Shown piece after piece: positions 52,567 to 62,398 of a stretch of DNA of 64,000 nucleotides. Both the position numbers and the translations under genes were made by a program. The notes beneath the pieces are model-generated. The model saw only the letters and a program-made list of their open reading frames with translations, was not told the origin of the DNA and did not search any database. The stretch is from assembly GCA_963850485.1 (NCBI GenBank), contig CAWKLR010000026.1, positions 43,883 to 107,882 on the forward strand, written 5' to 3'. The DNA comes from an uncultured Actinomycetes bacterium (GTDB lineage: Bacteria; Actinomycetota; Thermoleophilia; Gaiellales; Gaiellaceae). How positions within the stretch are numbered: position 1 is the first letter of the stretch; each line of letters starts with the position of its first letter.

Positions 52567-52823
52567 CTCTGCGGCGACAGACTCCGAGCCGCCTGTTAGC
52601 CCCAGCAGCCCGACTACGAGCAATACGAGCAGCGACCCGCTGGCCACACGGCGTCGCCGAGGTGCCTCAAAAGTTGAACCCACGCCCATTCCCCCCCCGC
52701 AATGAGTGCAGCGCGTCGGCTACTGCGTGGGAGAAGGACCCCTAAATCCTTCCCGCACCTTTTCCTCCGACAGCCGCAGGATGTCGTTCGGAACCTGGTG
52801 CTTACTTACTACGTTCTTCCTGC

Positions 52824-53729
52824 TTATTGCTCTTTTGGTCGTCCCACAGTAGCAGGTGTCACGATGTTCGAGTAGCAGATGCCACTAGGGAGCACCACGC
52901 ACGACGTGATTCGGGCCGAGACTGCCGACTCGTTTGCGCATCGCAGAGTGCACTCACTGAAGCGGTTGGCGCTCTCGACGCAGCTGCGGCGGTAGCGCGG
53001 GCAAAGTGCGATCTCCAGCCTCCAGAGCCTCACCCCCATGGGTTCCGTCAGCTGCGACCAGATCCAGTCGTAGGTGCACTCGAGCCCGGCGCGGAGCGGA
53101 GTCGACGGCTGCCAGCCGAGGCGCTCCTGGATCAAGGTGTTGTCGCTGTTCCTGCCGCGGACGCCCTGCGGCGCGTCGAGGTCGTAACGCCGCTCCAGTG
53201 TCAAGCCCTCGATCCCCTCGATGAGGTCGACGAGCCCGTTGACCGTCACGAGCTCCGAGCTCCCGACGTTCAGCGGCTCCGCGACGTCGCTCGCCATCAG
53301 GCGCAGCGTCCCCTCGATCGCATCGTCGATGTAGGTGAAGCTCCGCGTCTGCTCGCCGTCCCCCCAGATCTCGATCTCATGGCGGCCCGAGAGCTTCGCC
53401 TCGGCAACCTTGCGACAGATCGCGGCGGGAGCCTTCTCGCGTCCCCCTGCATACGTGCCGTTCGGACCGTAGACGTTGTGGTACCGAGCGATGCGCACCT
53501 CGAGACCGAAGTCCTCCGCGAAGTGTCGACACATACGCTCGCCGAAGAGCTTCTCCCAGCCGTACCCGTCCTCGGGCATCGCGGGGTACGCGTCGGATTC
53601 CGTGAGCGCCGTGACCTCGGAGGTGACCTGCTTCTCGGCTGCGTAGACGCAGGCCGACGACGCGAAGAAGTACCGCCGGACGGCCGCAGCCGTGCTCGCC
53701 CGGGACACGTGTCGCGACCTGAACCGCAT
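52824..53729 (-). pseudogene. 5'-truncated GDP-mannose 3,5-epimerase-like NAD-dependent epimerase with an odd Cys-rich, lower-GC C-terminal extension
   Basis: RRYFFASSACVYAAEKQ...AYPAMPEDGYGWEKLFGERMCRHFAEDFGLEVRIARYHNVYGPNGTYAGGREKAPAAICRK...IWGDGEQTRSFTYIDD. The Rossmann GxxGxxG N-terminal ~100 aa is absent. The tail reads MGVRLWRLEIALCPRYRRSCVESANRFSECTLRCANES... Confidence 0.65.
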
Positions 53730-53965
53730 CGGAGCGTGTCAGCGCCAACCCCGCCTACGAGGCGGTCATTACCCGGCCCACCTACGAGCAGGTCGTTGCC
53801 TGCGGCGCCGATGAGCTTGTCGTTACCGCCTTTGCCGTAGATCTGGTCCGCGCGAGGGCCCCCGCGCAACGTGTCATTGCGTGCCGACCCGTTGATGGTC
53901 GCCGCCCAGACCGTGCCGGCGGCGAACGCGAGGAGGGCGAATGCAAGTGCCGCCAACCGACGCAC
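53720..53965 (-). CDS. small secreted RTX/hemolysin-type calcium-binding repeat protein (fragment; no stop of its own)
   Basis: GTG 53965. MRRLAALAFALLAFAAGTVWAATINGSARNDTLRGGPRADQIYGKGGNDKLIGAAGNDLLVGGPGNDRLVGGVGADTLRCGSGRD. The frame then continues out-of-frame across the epimerase remnant. Confidence 0.5.
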
Positions 53966-54005
53966 ATCCGCGACTCCAGCGTTTCTTCACTGCGCGCGCA
54001 CAGGC
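53959..54005 (+). repeat. copy 2 of the ~47-bp direct repeat (orphan 3' gene fragment)
   Basis: Would encode ...DAHPRLQRFFTARAQARPDKPS, versus ...DAHPRLQRFFTARAQGSA in the intact gene at 42364..42882. Confidence 0.85.
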
Positions 54006-54042
54006 TCGACCCGATAAACCCTCGTAAGCGTCGGTTCTCGAC

Positions 54043-55344
54043 TCAGGTCAGAGCGTCTCTCACGCAGACCGGCGGAATCCGTCCTGATCCATACCCACCG
54101 TCAACGACGTACCTGGTAACTGCCTCCAATTCCGTTGGCGGCGCCAGTGCCCGCTCGAGCCGGGAAAGCGCGCGCACGCGCCCGAACTGTTCTTGTGCGT
54201 ACGCCCGCGCCCGCAAGCCGAGCTCTTCGCGCAACTCCGGTTGCGCACTCAAGGTTCGCATGGCATCTGCGAGCTCGCGAGGCGCTTCAGGCGGGACGAT
54301 CAGCGCTCCGCCCGACTCTTTCAGGACAGACGCAGCCTCACTGGTTGCCGAAACCGAAGCTACGACCGGCCGGCCGCTCGCGAGGTAGGAGGCGATCTTC
54401 GACGGGAAGTTCGCGTTCGCGCTGACTCCCCGCTGGACGACGACGTGAACATGTGCCGAAGCCAGCAGGTCGGGATAGTGGTCATTCGTCACAGGTGGAG
54501 AGACCTCAACGTTCGTCGTGGTGGCCGCCAATCGTCGCACCTCGGCGGCCGAGTTACCTGCCCCGACGATCTCGAGGCGGATGTCGTCACCCACCAGGCG
54601 GGCGGCCTCGACGAGCGTCTCGACTCCTTGCGTGTATCCGAGGTTTCCCGCGTACAGGAACCGCGTGGGCCCGAGGGGTTCTCGCGGCGGTAGTGCTCGT
54701 ACTCGGTCGAGGTCGACCCAGTTGTGGATTATTTCGATCCGCTCGGGCTCGACGCCGAGCCGCTCCGCGTGCTCGGCGAAAACCGGGCTGCATACGACCA
54801 GACCGTCGGCGGCACGGAACACGGCCTTCTCCACGCCTCCCGCGAGCCCGATCAAGCGGCAAGCACCAGGGCCGAGATCGTCGAGCGACGAGGCTGCGCG
54901 TAGCACAAGGTCCTGCACCCATAAGACGAGGCGAACACGCCTGCCGCTCGCACGAGCCGCCCGGACGAGAACAGCGCTCCCGGCGGCAGCGCTCAGACAT
55001 GGGACAACGCAGAGAACGACGTCGGCTCGCGCGATCCGTCGAATGGCCGCCGGTGTCGAAAGCGCCGCGAACGAGAGCTCGTACAGCGCCTTGTCGACGA
55101 AGCGTTCCCTGGGTCGGGCCCAAAGCCATGACCGATGGAGACCCACGTCTCCGCGGCGCTCACTCAGCCAGATCTTCCCGCGGTATCCGGGATGGATCCG
55201 CCGCTCGGGGTAGTTGGGCAGCGCCGTGACCACGTCGACCTGATGCCTGCGGGCAGCGAGCCAGTTGCAGGCATCGGTGACGAGCGGCGGGATGCCGATG
55301 AGCTCCGGCGCATAGTTCGGAGACCAGACGAGGATCCGGCTCAC
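54043..55344 (-). CDS. GT4-family glycosyltransferase (WcaI-like)
   Basis: Intact 433 aa. VSRILVWSPNYAPELIGIPPLVTDACNWLAARRHQVDVVTALPNYP... and a C-terminal GT-B Glycos_transf_1-like region. Confidence 0.85.
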   Translation of the reverse strand: MSRILVWSPNYAPELIGIPPLVTDACNWLAARRHQVDVVTALPNYPERRIHPGYRGKIWLSERRGDVGLHRSWLWARPRERFVDKALYELSFAALSTPAAIRRIARADVVLCVVPCLSAAAGSAVLVRAARASGRRVRLVLWVQDLVLRAASSLDDLGPGACRLIGLAGGVEKAVFRAADGLVVCSPVFAEHAERLGVEPERIEIIHNWVDLDRVRALPPREPLGPTRFLYAGNLGYTQGVETLVEAARLVGDDIRLEIVGAGNSAAEVRRLAATTTNVEVSPPVTNDHYPDLLASAHVHVVVQRGVSANANFPSKIASYLASGRPVVASVSATSEAASVLKESGGALIVPPEAPRELADAMRTLSAQPELREELGLRARAYAQEQFGRVRALSRLERALAPPTELEAVTRYVVDGGYGSGRIPPVCVRDALT

Positions 55345-55359
55345 GAATGCACTGCTACG

Positions 55360-55560
55360 ACAGCGAGCTGGTTTCCGAAGCGGCCGGCGACCGCATTCGC
55401 GAGACGGAATGAAGACGCGATGCGGCGAGCGCGCGGCGATCTGGCGATACGCAATCGCATCCGGAGCCCTGAGCGCCGCCGCCGAGATGCAGCAGAGTGG
55501 GGTGACGAAAAGGTCACGCGGAGACGACCCGGTCCGTACCGGTAGTAGGCCGTTCCGATC
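55360..55560 (-). pseudogene. diverged partial duplicate of the 3' end of the adjacent methyltransferase gene
   Basis: 55361..55440 aligns at roughly 70% identity by eye to 55700..55780 (ACGACAGCGAGCT.GTT.CC.AA...GCCGGC..CCGC.TTCGC.AG...GAATGA). 55530..55560 aligns to ~55815..55845 (GACCCGG.TCGT.CCGGTAGTA). Confidence 0.3.
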
Positions 55561-55681
55561 GGTGCGACCGATGTGGCGTACGCCGCAGTAACTTTCTCAC
55601 TCCCCCAAGGCCCCGTCGAGTGTTGTACAGACCGACTGAGGATACTCGGTTTGTCGCAAATGGGGCATATTTGACCGCGAG

Positions 55682-56618
55682 TTACGATTCGGCTCCCCGC
55701 CGGACCGCCACGACAGCGAGCTTGTTGCCAAAATCGCCGGCAGCCGCGTTCGCCAGCTTGAATGAGCTTGTCGCGGCCTCAAAAAGGCCACGATGCGAGA
55801 GGAGCCGCACGACGCGACCCGGCTCGTGCCGGTAGTACATCGCGTAACGGCGGCTCTTGCGGATGGAGAAACCTCGGTCGCGAAGGGCGGCTATCACCGC
55901 CTCGGCGTCGAGTCGACCGACGCGGTTGCCGGCTTCCTCGCGCTCGAGGGCCAGACCGGCGCGCACGGCAAGGGCGGTGATCCGCGCCCGTGCGGGCTCA
56001 CTGACGCAGACAGCCGAGCGCGCGACTCGTGCCATCTCCGCGAGACCGGCGAGCGGGTCGTCGAGATGATGGAGACCGTCGTGCACGTGAACGACATCGA
56101 CGGAGCGGTCGCGGAACGGGAGAGACGCGGCATCGCCGACGACGGCGAGCAGCTCGAAGCCGTGACGCCGCGCGCGCTCGTTCGCCCGCCGCGCTGCTCC
56201 GAGAGACACGTCGAGCGCGACGACGTTGGCTCCCGCGCGCGCCAGGAACTCTGCGTCCATCCCTGACCCCGCACAAATCGTGAGTGCCGTCGCTCCCGCG
56301 AAGCTCGACACCCTCGACGGCGCGCCGGAACTTCTCCTCGAGCAACCAGCGGTGGAGTGCAGGCGCGCCGTGCGGTCGCTCGATCTCCCATTCGTCGTCT
56401 GCTTGCTCGTCGAACCAATCCGCTTGCCGCCGAGAGTGCTCCGACGGGCCGACGAGGAGCAGCGGAATACCGCCATCGACCTCGTACCGAATGCCGCACC
56501 GGCAGCGCGCTTCCGTCGGCCCGAGCGCGAGGTCGCCGTGGCAGGCCGGGCACACGAGGAGCTCGAACACGGCAGGAGGCGGGGAGGTCACCTCGGTCAA
56601 TGGCTCCGCTGCGGTCAC
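55682..56618 (-). CDS. class I SAM-dependent methyltransferase with N-terminal Trm112-like zinc ribbon, frame broken near 56295-56320
   Basis: ORF 55998..56618(-): FELLVCPACHGDLALGPTEARCRCGIRYEVDGGIPLLL. ORF 55682..56476(-): ALTICAGSGMDAEFLARAGANVVALDVS...DVVHVHDGLHHL. Confidence 0.8.
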
Positions 56619-57449
56619 CGCGACTTCTCCACTCGGCTTCGCTCGCCCATCTTCAGCCCGATCTGCCAGTAGTAGAAACCACGAGACACGGCGTAGTGGA
56701 AGCCCGCGCGCCCGTCAAGGAACCCACCGGTCAGGAGGTACGAGTAGGCGAAGATCCCGAGAGGCCGAAACGGCATCGACGCGAACGCCCGCTTGAGCCG
56801 AAGACGCCGAGCCGTTTGGGTCTCGTCGTCCCGCCCGATGCCGCCTCGCAAGCGCAGAGCTGCTTCCCAGTCCGAGTAGCGATTGTGCCGCTCGAAGTAG
56901 TGATAGAGGTCGTCATGGTCGCGATGGAGCATCCGGCCACGCAGCGTCCCGACGCGTCCGTCGACCGTCGGCTGATAGTGCCCCTCGACCTCCCACATGT
57001 GCTCGACGTCGAGATCGTCGATCGGGACATACCGCGCGCGGCGCCGATCGAAGAGCACGAGCTTGAACACGCGAAGTCCGTGCCCTAGCCGCCTCCCGAG
57101 GAAGACATAGTCGTAGCCGACGAAGTACCCGGCCCGGTCGAACCCGCGGGCCGCATGTCGCGCTATCTCGTCGACCAGCCCCGCGGTGAGTTCCTCGTCC
57201 GCATCGAGAAAGAGGACGAAGTCGTGCCGGAAACGGGAGGTTCTCGAGGCACCACTGCTTCTTCTTCGGATACCGGCCGTTCCAGACGAACTCGACGACC
57301 TCGGCGCCGGCCGATCGGGCGATCTCCTGCGTGCTGTCGTCGCTCTGCGAGTCGACGACGAAGACCTCGTCGAACCGCTCGACCGACGCCAGGCACTTCG
57401 AGAGATTCGCCTCTTCGTTCTTCGTCATGACGACGACGGAGACCGGCAC
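56615..57449 (-). CDS. GT2-family glycosyltransferase, frame broken near 57235
   Basis: VPVSVVVMTKNEEANLSKCLASVERFDEVFVVDSQSDDST (ORF 56913..57506), then HDFVLFLDADEELT... and the rest in the frame of ORF 56615..57070. An extra base is needed at TTTCCGGCAC. Confidence 0.8.
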
Positions 57450-58101
57450 CCTGCGCGTTCGACACGGCTTACTTCTTCCTGCGCCCACGCGAGCGTGTTG
57501 GCCCAAAGAGGCGGGTATCGGCCCAGATGAACGATCTCCACGACCTCGAACCCGCTCTCCTCCAGCAATCCGGTGAGGGCTTTGTCCGTGAAGAAGCGGA
57601 CGTGCTCACCATCGACGCCGAAGTGCCTGTCGAAGCGAAAGGCAGCGATCGCCAGGTTCTTCACGAGGCCGTGGTACGGCGTGGAGAGTGCGAGCGCCAC
57701 CGCCCGGGACGAGCGCCGAGTGGGCGCCGCGCAGAAGTGCGCGTGGCTCGAGCAAGTGCTCGATCACCTCGAACGAGACGACGACGTCCCAGGACGCAGA
57801 CTCGACGGGCCAGGGAAGCTCTTCGACCGAGTGCCGCCGGATGTCAATGCCCGCATGGCTCGCCTGGGCGCGCTCGATGGCCGCTGCAGAGATCTCGAGC
57901 CCGGCTGCCTCGATACCGCGAGCGCGGGCTTCGGCAACGAGACCGCCGTCGCCCGCACCGCAGTCGAGGAGCCTCGGAGTGTCCGCCGCGGAGCGATGCC
58001 ACCCGAGACCAGAGGAACTCGCGCCGCCTCGCAGTGAGGGGGTCGATCGACGCTGCCGGCACCTCGGCAGACCAGTGATTCTCGTAGCGCTGGGAACTCA
58101 T
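57425..58101 (-). CDS. class I SAM-dependent methyltransferase, frame broken twice (~58000 and ~57700)
   Basis: MSSQRYENHWSAEVP... / RLLDCGAGDGGLVAEARARGIEAAGLEISAAAIERA...DVVVSFEVIEHLLEP / ...LALSTPYHGLVKNLAIAAFRFDRHFG...HVRFFT, read from three frames. Confidence 0.7.
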
Positions 58102-59412
58102 GCGTCTTGCACTTCAATCGCTTTCTCGCTCCCGTAGGCACCGCGCTGTACGGGAGAGTCGCCGAGGCGCTGATGAGCCTCGGCTTCCGCCCACCGCCGC
58201 GCGCCGACGGCAACACTCACGGCCGTAAGGATGCCCTCGGCCGCCTTCGCGTAGTTCCACGAGCCGATGATCTCCGCTCCGCGTCTTCCGAAGTGCTCTC
58301 TTCGACCTGCGTCGGCGACGAGCAACTTGAGATAGCGGGCGAGCTCGTCCGGCCTGTCGTGGTCGAACACGTACCCGTTCTCGCCGTGAACCACCAGATC
58401 CGCGGCACAGCCGACCTTGTCCGAGACGACGACCGGCAGGCCGAAGTTCATCGCTTCATTCACCACCAGGCCCCACGTTTCGTCCCAGCCGGATGCGAGA
58501 GCGAAGATGTCTGCCGCCGCGTATGCCCGCGAGACTTCGCTCTGATTGAGAAAACCAGCGAAACACGACATCCTCGATCCCCTCCCGTACCACGAATTCA
58601 CGCATCTCGCCGTCACACGAACCCGTTCCGACGACGAGCAGCGTGCAGGGACGACTGGCGCGGAGCTGTCGAAAGGCCTCGAGAAGAACGAATGGCTGCT
58701 TCTTGGGGACAAGCCGCGCAACACTCAAGACAACCGGCGCGTCGGATACCACACCCAACTGCCGCCGGAGACGCATGCGCTCTCCGGAGAGTTGACGTGC
58801 TTCACTCTGAAAGAACTCGTTATCGACGCAGAAGGGAACATGAAACAAGCGTTCCTCGGGCATTCCGTAGTGGCGAAACCATTTCTGATTGTTCCCACCG
58901 ATGAAGAGCCCATATGAACCTGCGAACAGCGCCCGCAGCAAGGGTATCTTGAGCGCCGTCCTCCAAAGCGGCCGTGGGCTCAGAAGCGTCTGCTCCTCGC
59001 GGATGAAGAGACTTCGACGACACGCGATCTGCGTTGCGGCGGCCATGAGATGTGTCGGTGAGTAATAACCATGAAGCCAAAGAACGTCGAAACGTCGTCG
59101 AATAACCTGTCGCACTATGTCGCCATCAAAAAGGCTTGTGAAAGAGCTCCGAGGTTCGGTTTTCTCCGCCCGCTTCAAGAACACGCTCTTGAAACCCAAG
59201 AGAGCGTCTGAGTCGAACACTATTGGTTGGTTAAATCCGAGATCGCCCGGTCGCACACCGGCCGAGGACGAGAATATCGCGGTGAACTCGATTCTCGGAT
59301 CAGCGGCGATATGGCGATACAAGCCGGACCGGTAGTAGACCGGAGAAGGAGCGTAGGCACCGACTCGAATCGGTCGGGCCAATCCGTCTACAGCCTGTGA
59401 CGGGACGGTCAC
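58098..59412 (-). CDS. GT4-family glycosyltransferase, frame broken near 58565
   Basis: ORF 58456..59412(-) gives the N-domain. ORF 58098..58724(-) gives GFLNQSEVSRAYAAADIFALASGWDETWGLVVNEAMNFGLPVVVSD (EX7E region). The junction GTGTTTCGCTGG fits one extra T. Confidence 0.8.
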
Positions 59413-60855
59413 ACAGACTTCGCCGTCAGGGTTCCGTCTCGCCTTCGCTGCACAGCGCGCAACGCCAGCACGAGAGCGACAGGCACCCAGCCGTAGCGCA
59501 CGTACAAGGTCGGTTGGGCCAGTCCGAATGCCAGGTATGCCGCGAACGACCCGACGAGCGAGCCAGCGAGCATTCGCTCCCGCGGCGTCGTAGCGCCAAC
59601 CGTGGCTTGCACTCCGGCACGAAGGCAGCTCACGATTATGAACAAGAGACCGATGAGGGCTAACAGACCGCCCTGATACCAGGTATTCAGAAAAGCATTG
59701 TGGATGACGTCGGAAATATCCCCTCCGGCACGAAGTGGCTCGAATTCAAATCCTACTCCGACGAACGGGTTCTCGCCAATTCGGGTCCACGCCACTTCGA
59801 AGCCGTCAAACCTCGCTGCGACCGTCCCATTGGAGCCGCGAACTTCCGAGATGCGTTCTGACAACGTCGTGGCACCTTCCTCTGGAGTGGCAACCCCAAT
59901 CGTGAGGATTGCGAGCCCGATCACCAGAGCCGCCATTCCGATGGCGAGCTTGCGTCTTCCGAACCATGCGGCGACGGTGATACCTATCCCCGCCGCCAGA
60001 AGTCCGCTCACGGAACCGGACAGTACGAGTCCGGTCGTAATGAGGACGGTCGTCGCAACCCCCAAGAGTCTGGTGGCGCTGCCGGCACCGCCGTAGAACG
60101 CAAGTCCGATCGCCGCGGGAAGCGCAACGGCGGTCGATCCACCAAGGTCGTTCACGTGCTGGGCCGTCCCCGTCATCCTGCCAAAGGCGATATCCGTGTT
60201 CGGAATCACGTCTCCAGCGAGAAGTTGCGCGATCGCAGCTGCGCTGCTTGACCGCGAGGGACACCATCCAGAAGCTCACCGCGAGGCTTACATGACGCGT
60301 GGTTCTCAAGACGACGGACGCCACCCAGAACCAGGCGACGGTCAGGTAGAGAAACCGTGCTCCGATTTCGATCGACGCGACGCCGGTATCGCTCGAGAAC
60401 GCTGAAATGCACGCCCCGGCAGCGAAGAGCGCGGCGCCTGCGAGAACTCCGGCAGGCAGGAATCCCTGGTCGCCGCGACGGTAGAGGACGATGGCGACGA
60501 GCGTTGCGACCAACGCGGCGGCAAACACGAAGTCGGAGGCGGTCGTGGCGTAGAGCGGACGGATCGTGAGTTGTCCGACGAGCAGTAGTCCGAACAGGAA
60601 GGCAAGCCGAGGCACTCGAAACACCTGCTCCCGCCCACGCTCTGCCGAGCGCGTCTGGTCGGCGAGGGGCTTGGTGTGGTCGCCACCGAACCACGCAACC
60701 GCGCCGATCCCCAGAATCAGCATTCCGCCGACGACATCCTCGATGTCGGGCTCTGTCTCCGTGACGAGGTAGCCGCAGAAAGCCGAAACGACTGCAATCG
60801 TCACGAGCGTCAGAAGTCCGAGCGGACGCCCCGGTTCCTGGGCGAACGCTTTCAC
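59409..60855 (-). CDS. O-antigen ligase/polymerase-like (Wzy-type) polytopic membrane protein, frame broken near 60248
   Basis: ORF 59806..60855(-) gives the N-terminal helices. ORF 59409..60209(-) gives the rest, including the periplasmic-loop region ...GVGFEFEPLRAGGDISDVIHNAFLNTWYQGGLLAL. Confidence 0.7.
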
Positions 60856-62174
60856 GCTTCGCGCCGTCCGAGCGACACGGCGCGGGGCTCATCGACGTCG
60901 ACCACCACGGCACCCATCTCAGGGTTCTCGAGCGTGACCACCCGTTGCATGATCCGCCGCATCATGAACGCCAGGACGGCCAAGCTCGCCGCCGCGCCGA
61001 TGGTGAGTGCGGTTGCAACTCCCTCGATGCCCCAGCGGGGGGCGACGAGAACGATGAGAGGCAAGACCAAGGCCAAATTGACGAGCTCGGCAACCGTCCC
61101 GGCGCCCGGAGATCCCGCACCTTGCGCGATGTCGGTCAGAACACGCCGCATTGCGAGAAGAAGCGATGCGATCAAGAGGATCCGCGCCGTCGTTACCGCT
61201 CCGGAGAACTCGGCTCCGAAGAAGGTTGGGATGAGCCAGGGCATAATCGCCGCGAGTAGTCCGACCACAGCCGTGGTGGCAACGGCGACGATCAGGACAT
61301 ATGCATGAAGCATCCGCCGTACCTCGTCGCCCGGCGCCGCCGCAGCAACCCTAGGATACGCAACCATCCCCACACTCTGACTCAGGAATCTGGGAAGGTT
61401 CGTGAATGCCAATGCGACCACGTAGAGGCCCAGGTCGGACCGTGGCAACGAAATGGCAACGACGGCTTGATCCATGCGAAGTACCTCGACGGGGGAATTC
61501 GAGCCGAGCACGCCACTGACCCCGAAGCGGATCACTCGCAGCAAACCGATCTCCGTGTCCTCGTGGTGGCCCGACGCGTAGCGGATCGCTGTTGCGGCGA
61601 GGGCGACACCGACCAAGACGTTCGCCAGCGTCCACGCGAGAACGACCTGGACGAGAGCCGTCTCGTCGGTGAGCACGAGCGCGATCATCCCCAGCATGTA
61701 CATCGCCGCAGGCGCGATGCGAAGGACATTGAAGATCGCAAATCGCGCCTGGCCCTGAAGGACCGCCAGGCCGTACTGCTGCGCAACGAGCGCGGGCATA
61801 ACCGGAATGGACACCAGAGCCGCCTCCCGTTGCGCGTCGTCGACGAGAGCCCACAGGAGACCGGCTTGAGCGATCGTCAAGAGGATCGTTTGCAGCCAGA
61901 TCGGCAGCCACAACCGGCGCAGCAGCGTTCGACTCCCTTCGGGGTCTCGCGCGACGTAGTACGTCATGGCCAGGGGCATTCCCAGCGTTCCCAGCTGACT
62001 GAGAATCGAGGGGACGAGCGCGATCGCGGCCAGGTCGCCGCGTCCCTCGACTCCAAGTGCTCGGGCTGCAAGGATGCCGCTCGCCACCAGCACCGCCTGC
62101 CCGACAATGCCCGTTGCAAGCGACCCGGCCACACCACCGCGAAGCCGCTTGCCGAAGACGTCCGGCGTGCTCAT
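60852..62174 (-). CDS. Wzx-type polysaccharide/oligosaccharide flippase (MOP superfamily)
   Basis: Intact. About 12 predicted helices. MSTPDVFGKRLRGGVAGSLATGIVGQAVLVASGILAARALG... Start at internal Met of ORF 60852..62276(-). Confidence 0.8.
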   Translation of the reverse strand: MSTPDVFGKRLRGGVAGSLATGIVGQAVLVASGILAARALGVEGRGDLAAIALVPSILSQLGTLGMPLAMTYYVARDPEGSRTLLRRLWLPIWLQTILLTIAQAGLLWALVDDAQREAALVSIPVMPALVAQQYGLAVLQGQARFAIFNVLRIAPAAMYMLGMIALVLTDETALVQVVLAWTLANVLVGVALAATAIRYASGHHEDTEIGLLRVIRFGVSGVLGSNSPVEVLRMDQAVVAISLPRSDLGLYVVALAFTNLPRFLSQSVGMVAYPRVAAAAPGDEVRRMLHAYVLIVAVATTAVVGLLAAIMPWLIPTFFGAEFSGAVTTARILLIASLLLAMRRVLTDIAQGAGSPGAGTVAELVNLALVLPLIVLVAPRWGIEGVATALTIGAAASLAVLAFMMRRIMQRVVTLENPEMGAVVVDVDEPRAVSLGRREA

Positions 62175-62398
62175 TCGAGCTGTCCACATGTGCCGCCGAT
62201 CGTCCTGCGGCCGCCGCGCTCGCTCATCGCCAGATGGACGCGACCGCGACAGGGGCGAGCTGCGCGCGCTAAGCACCTCGAGACGAGAACACCGCAGGCC
62301 TCATTCGCGCACTGTGAAAGAAAGCGAGACGTGTGTCCAACGTACCGTTCTGGTCCGGCGCCTTGCCCCTCCCAGACGGCTTGCGCCTCCCCGGCACC

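Larger units (their letters stand above)
49674..52689 (-). pseudogene. large (~1000 aa) secreted protein, frame broken ~5 times
   Basis: Domain order: LamG-type cassette, cadherin-like domain, second LamG-type cassette, seven FG-GAP repeats. Fragments: 51091..52689 (signal peptide MGVGSTFEAPRRRRVASGSLLVLLVVGLLGL, PGLTDTTAADFQAGTLGADLYVGEDGDGELLLAP..., then [32 protein letters not shown]), 50625..51422, 50432..51202 (second cassette), 49674..50603 ([40 protein letters not shown] repeats). Confidence 0.7.

Noticed and set aside
53297-53719. Downstream two thirds of ORF 53297..53965(-)
   Set aside because: After the RTX repeats the translation becomes Arg/Ser/Pro junk. It overlaps the epimerase frame, which has strong family motifs.
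61305-62398. First ~365 codons of the 882-aa plus-strand ORF 61305..63953
   Set aside because: Antisense to the intact Wzx flippase, with Arg/His/Asp-rich composition. Real coding on the plus strand starts only at ~62399.
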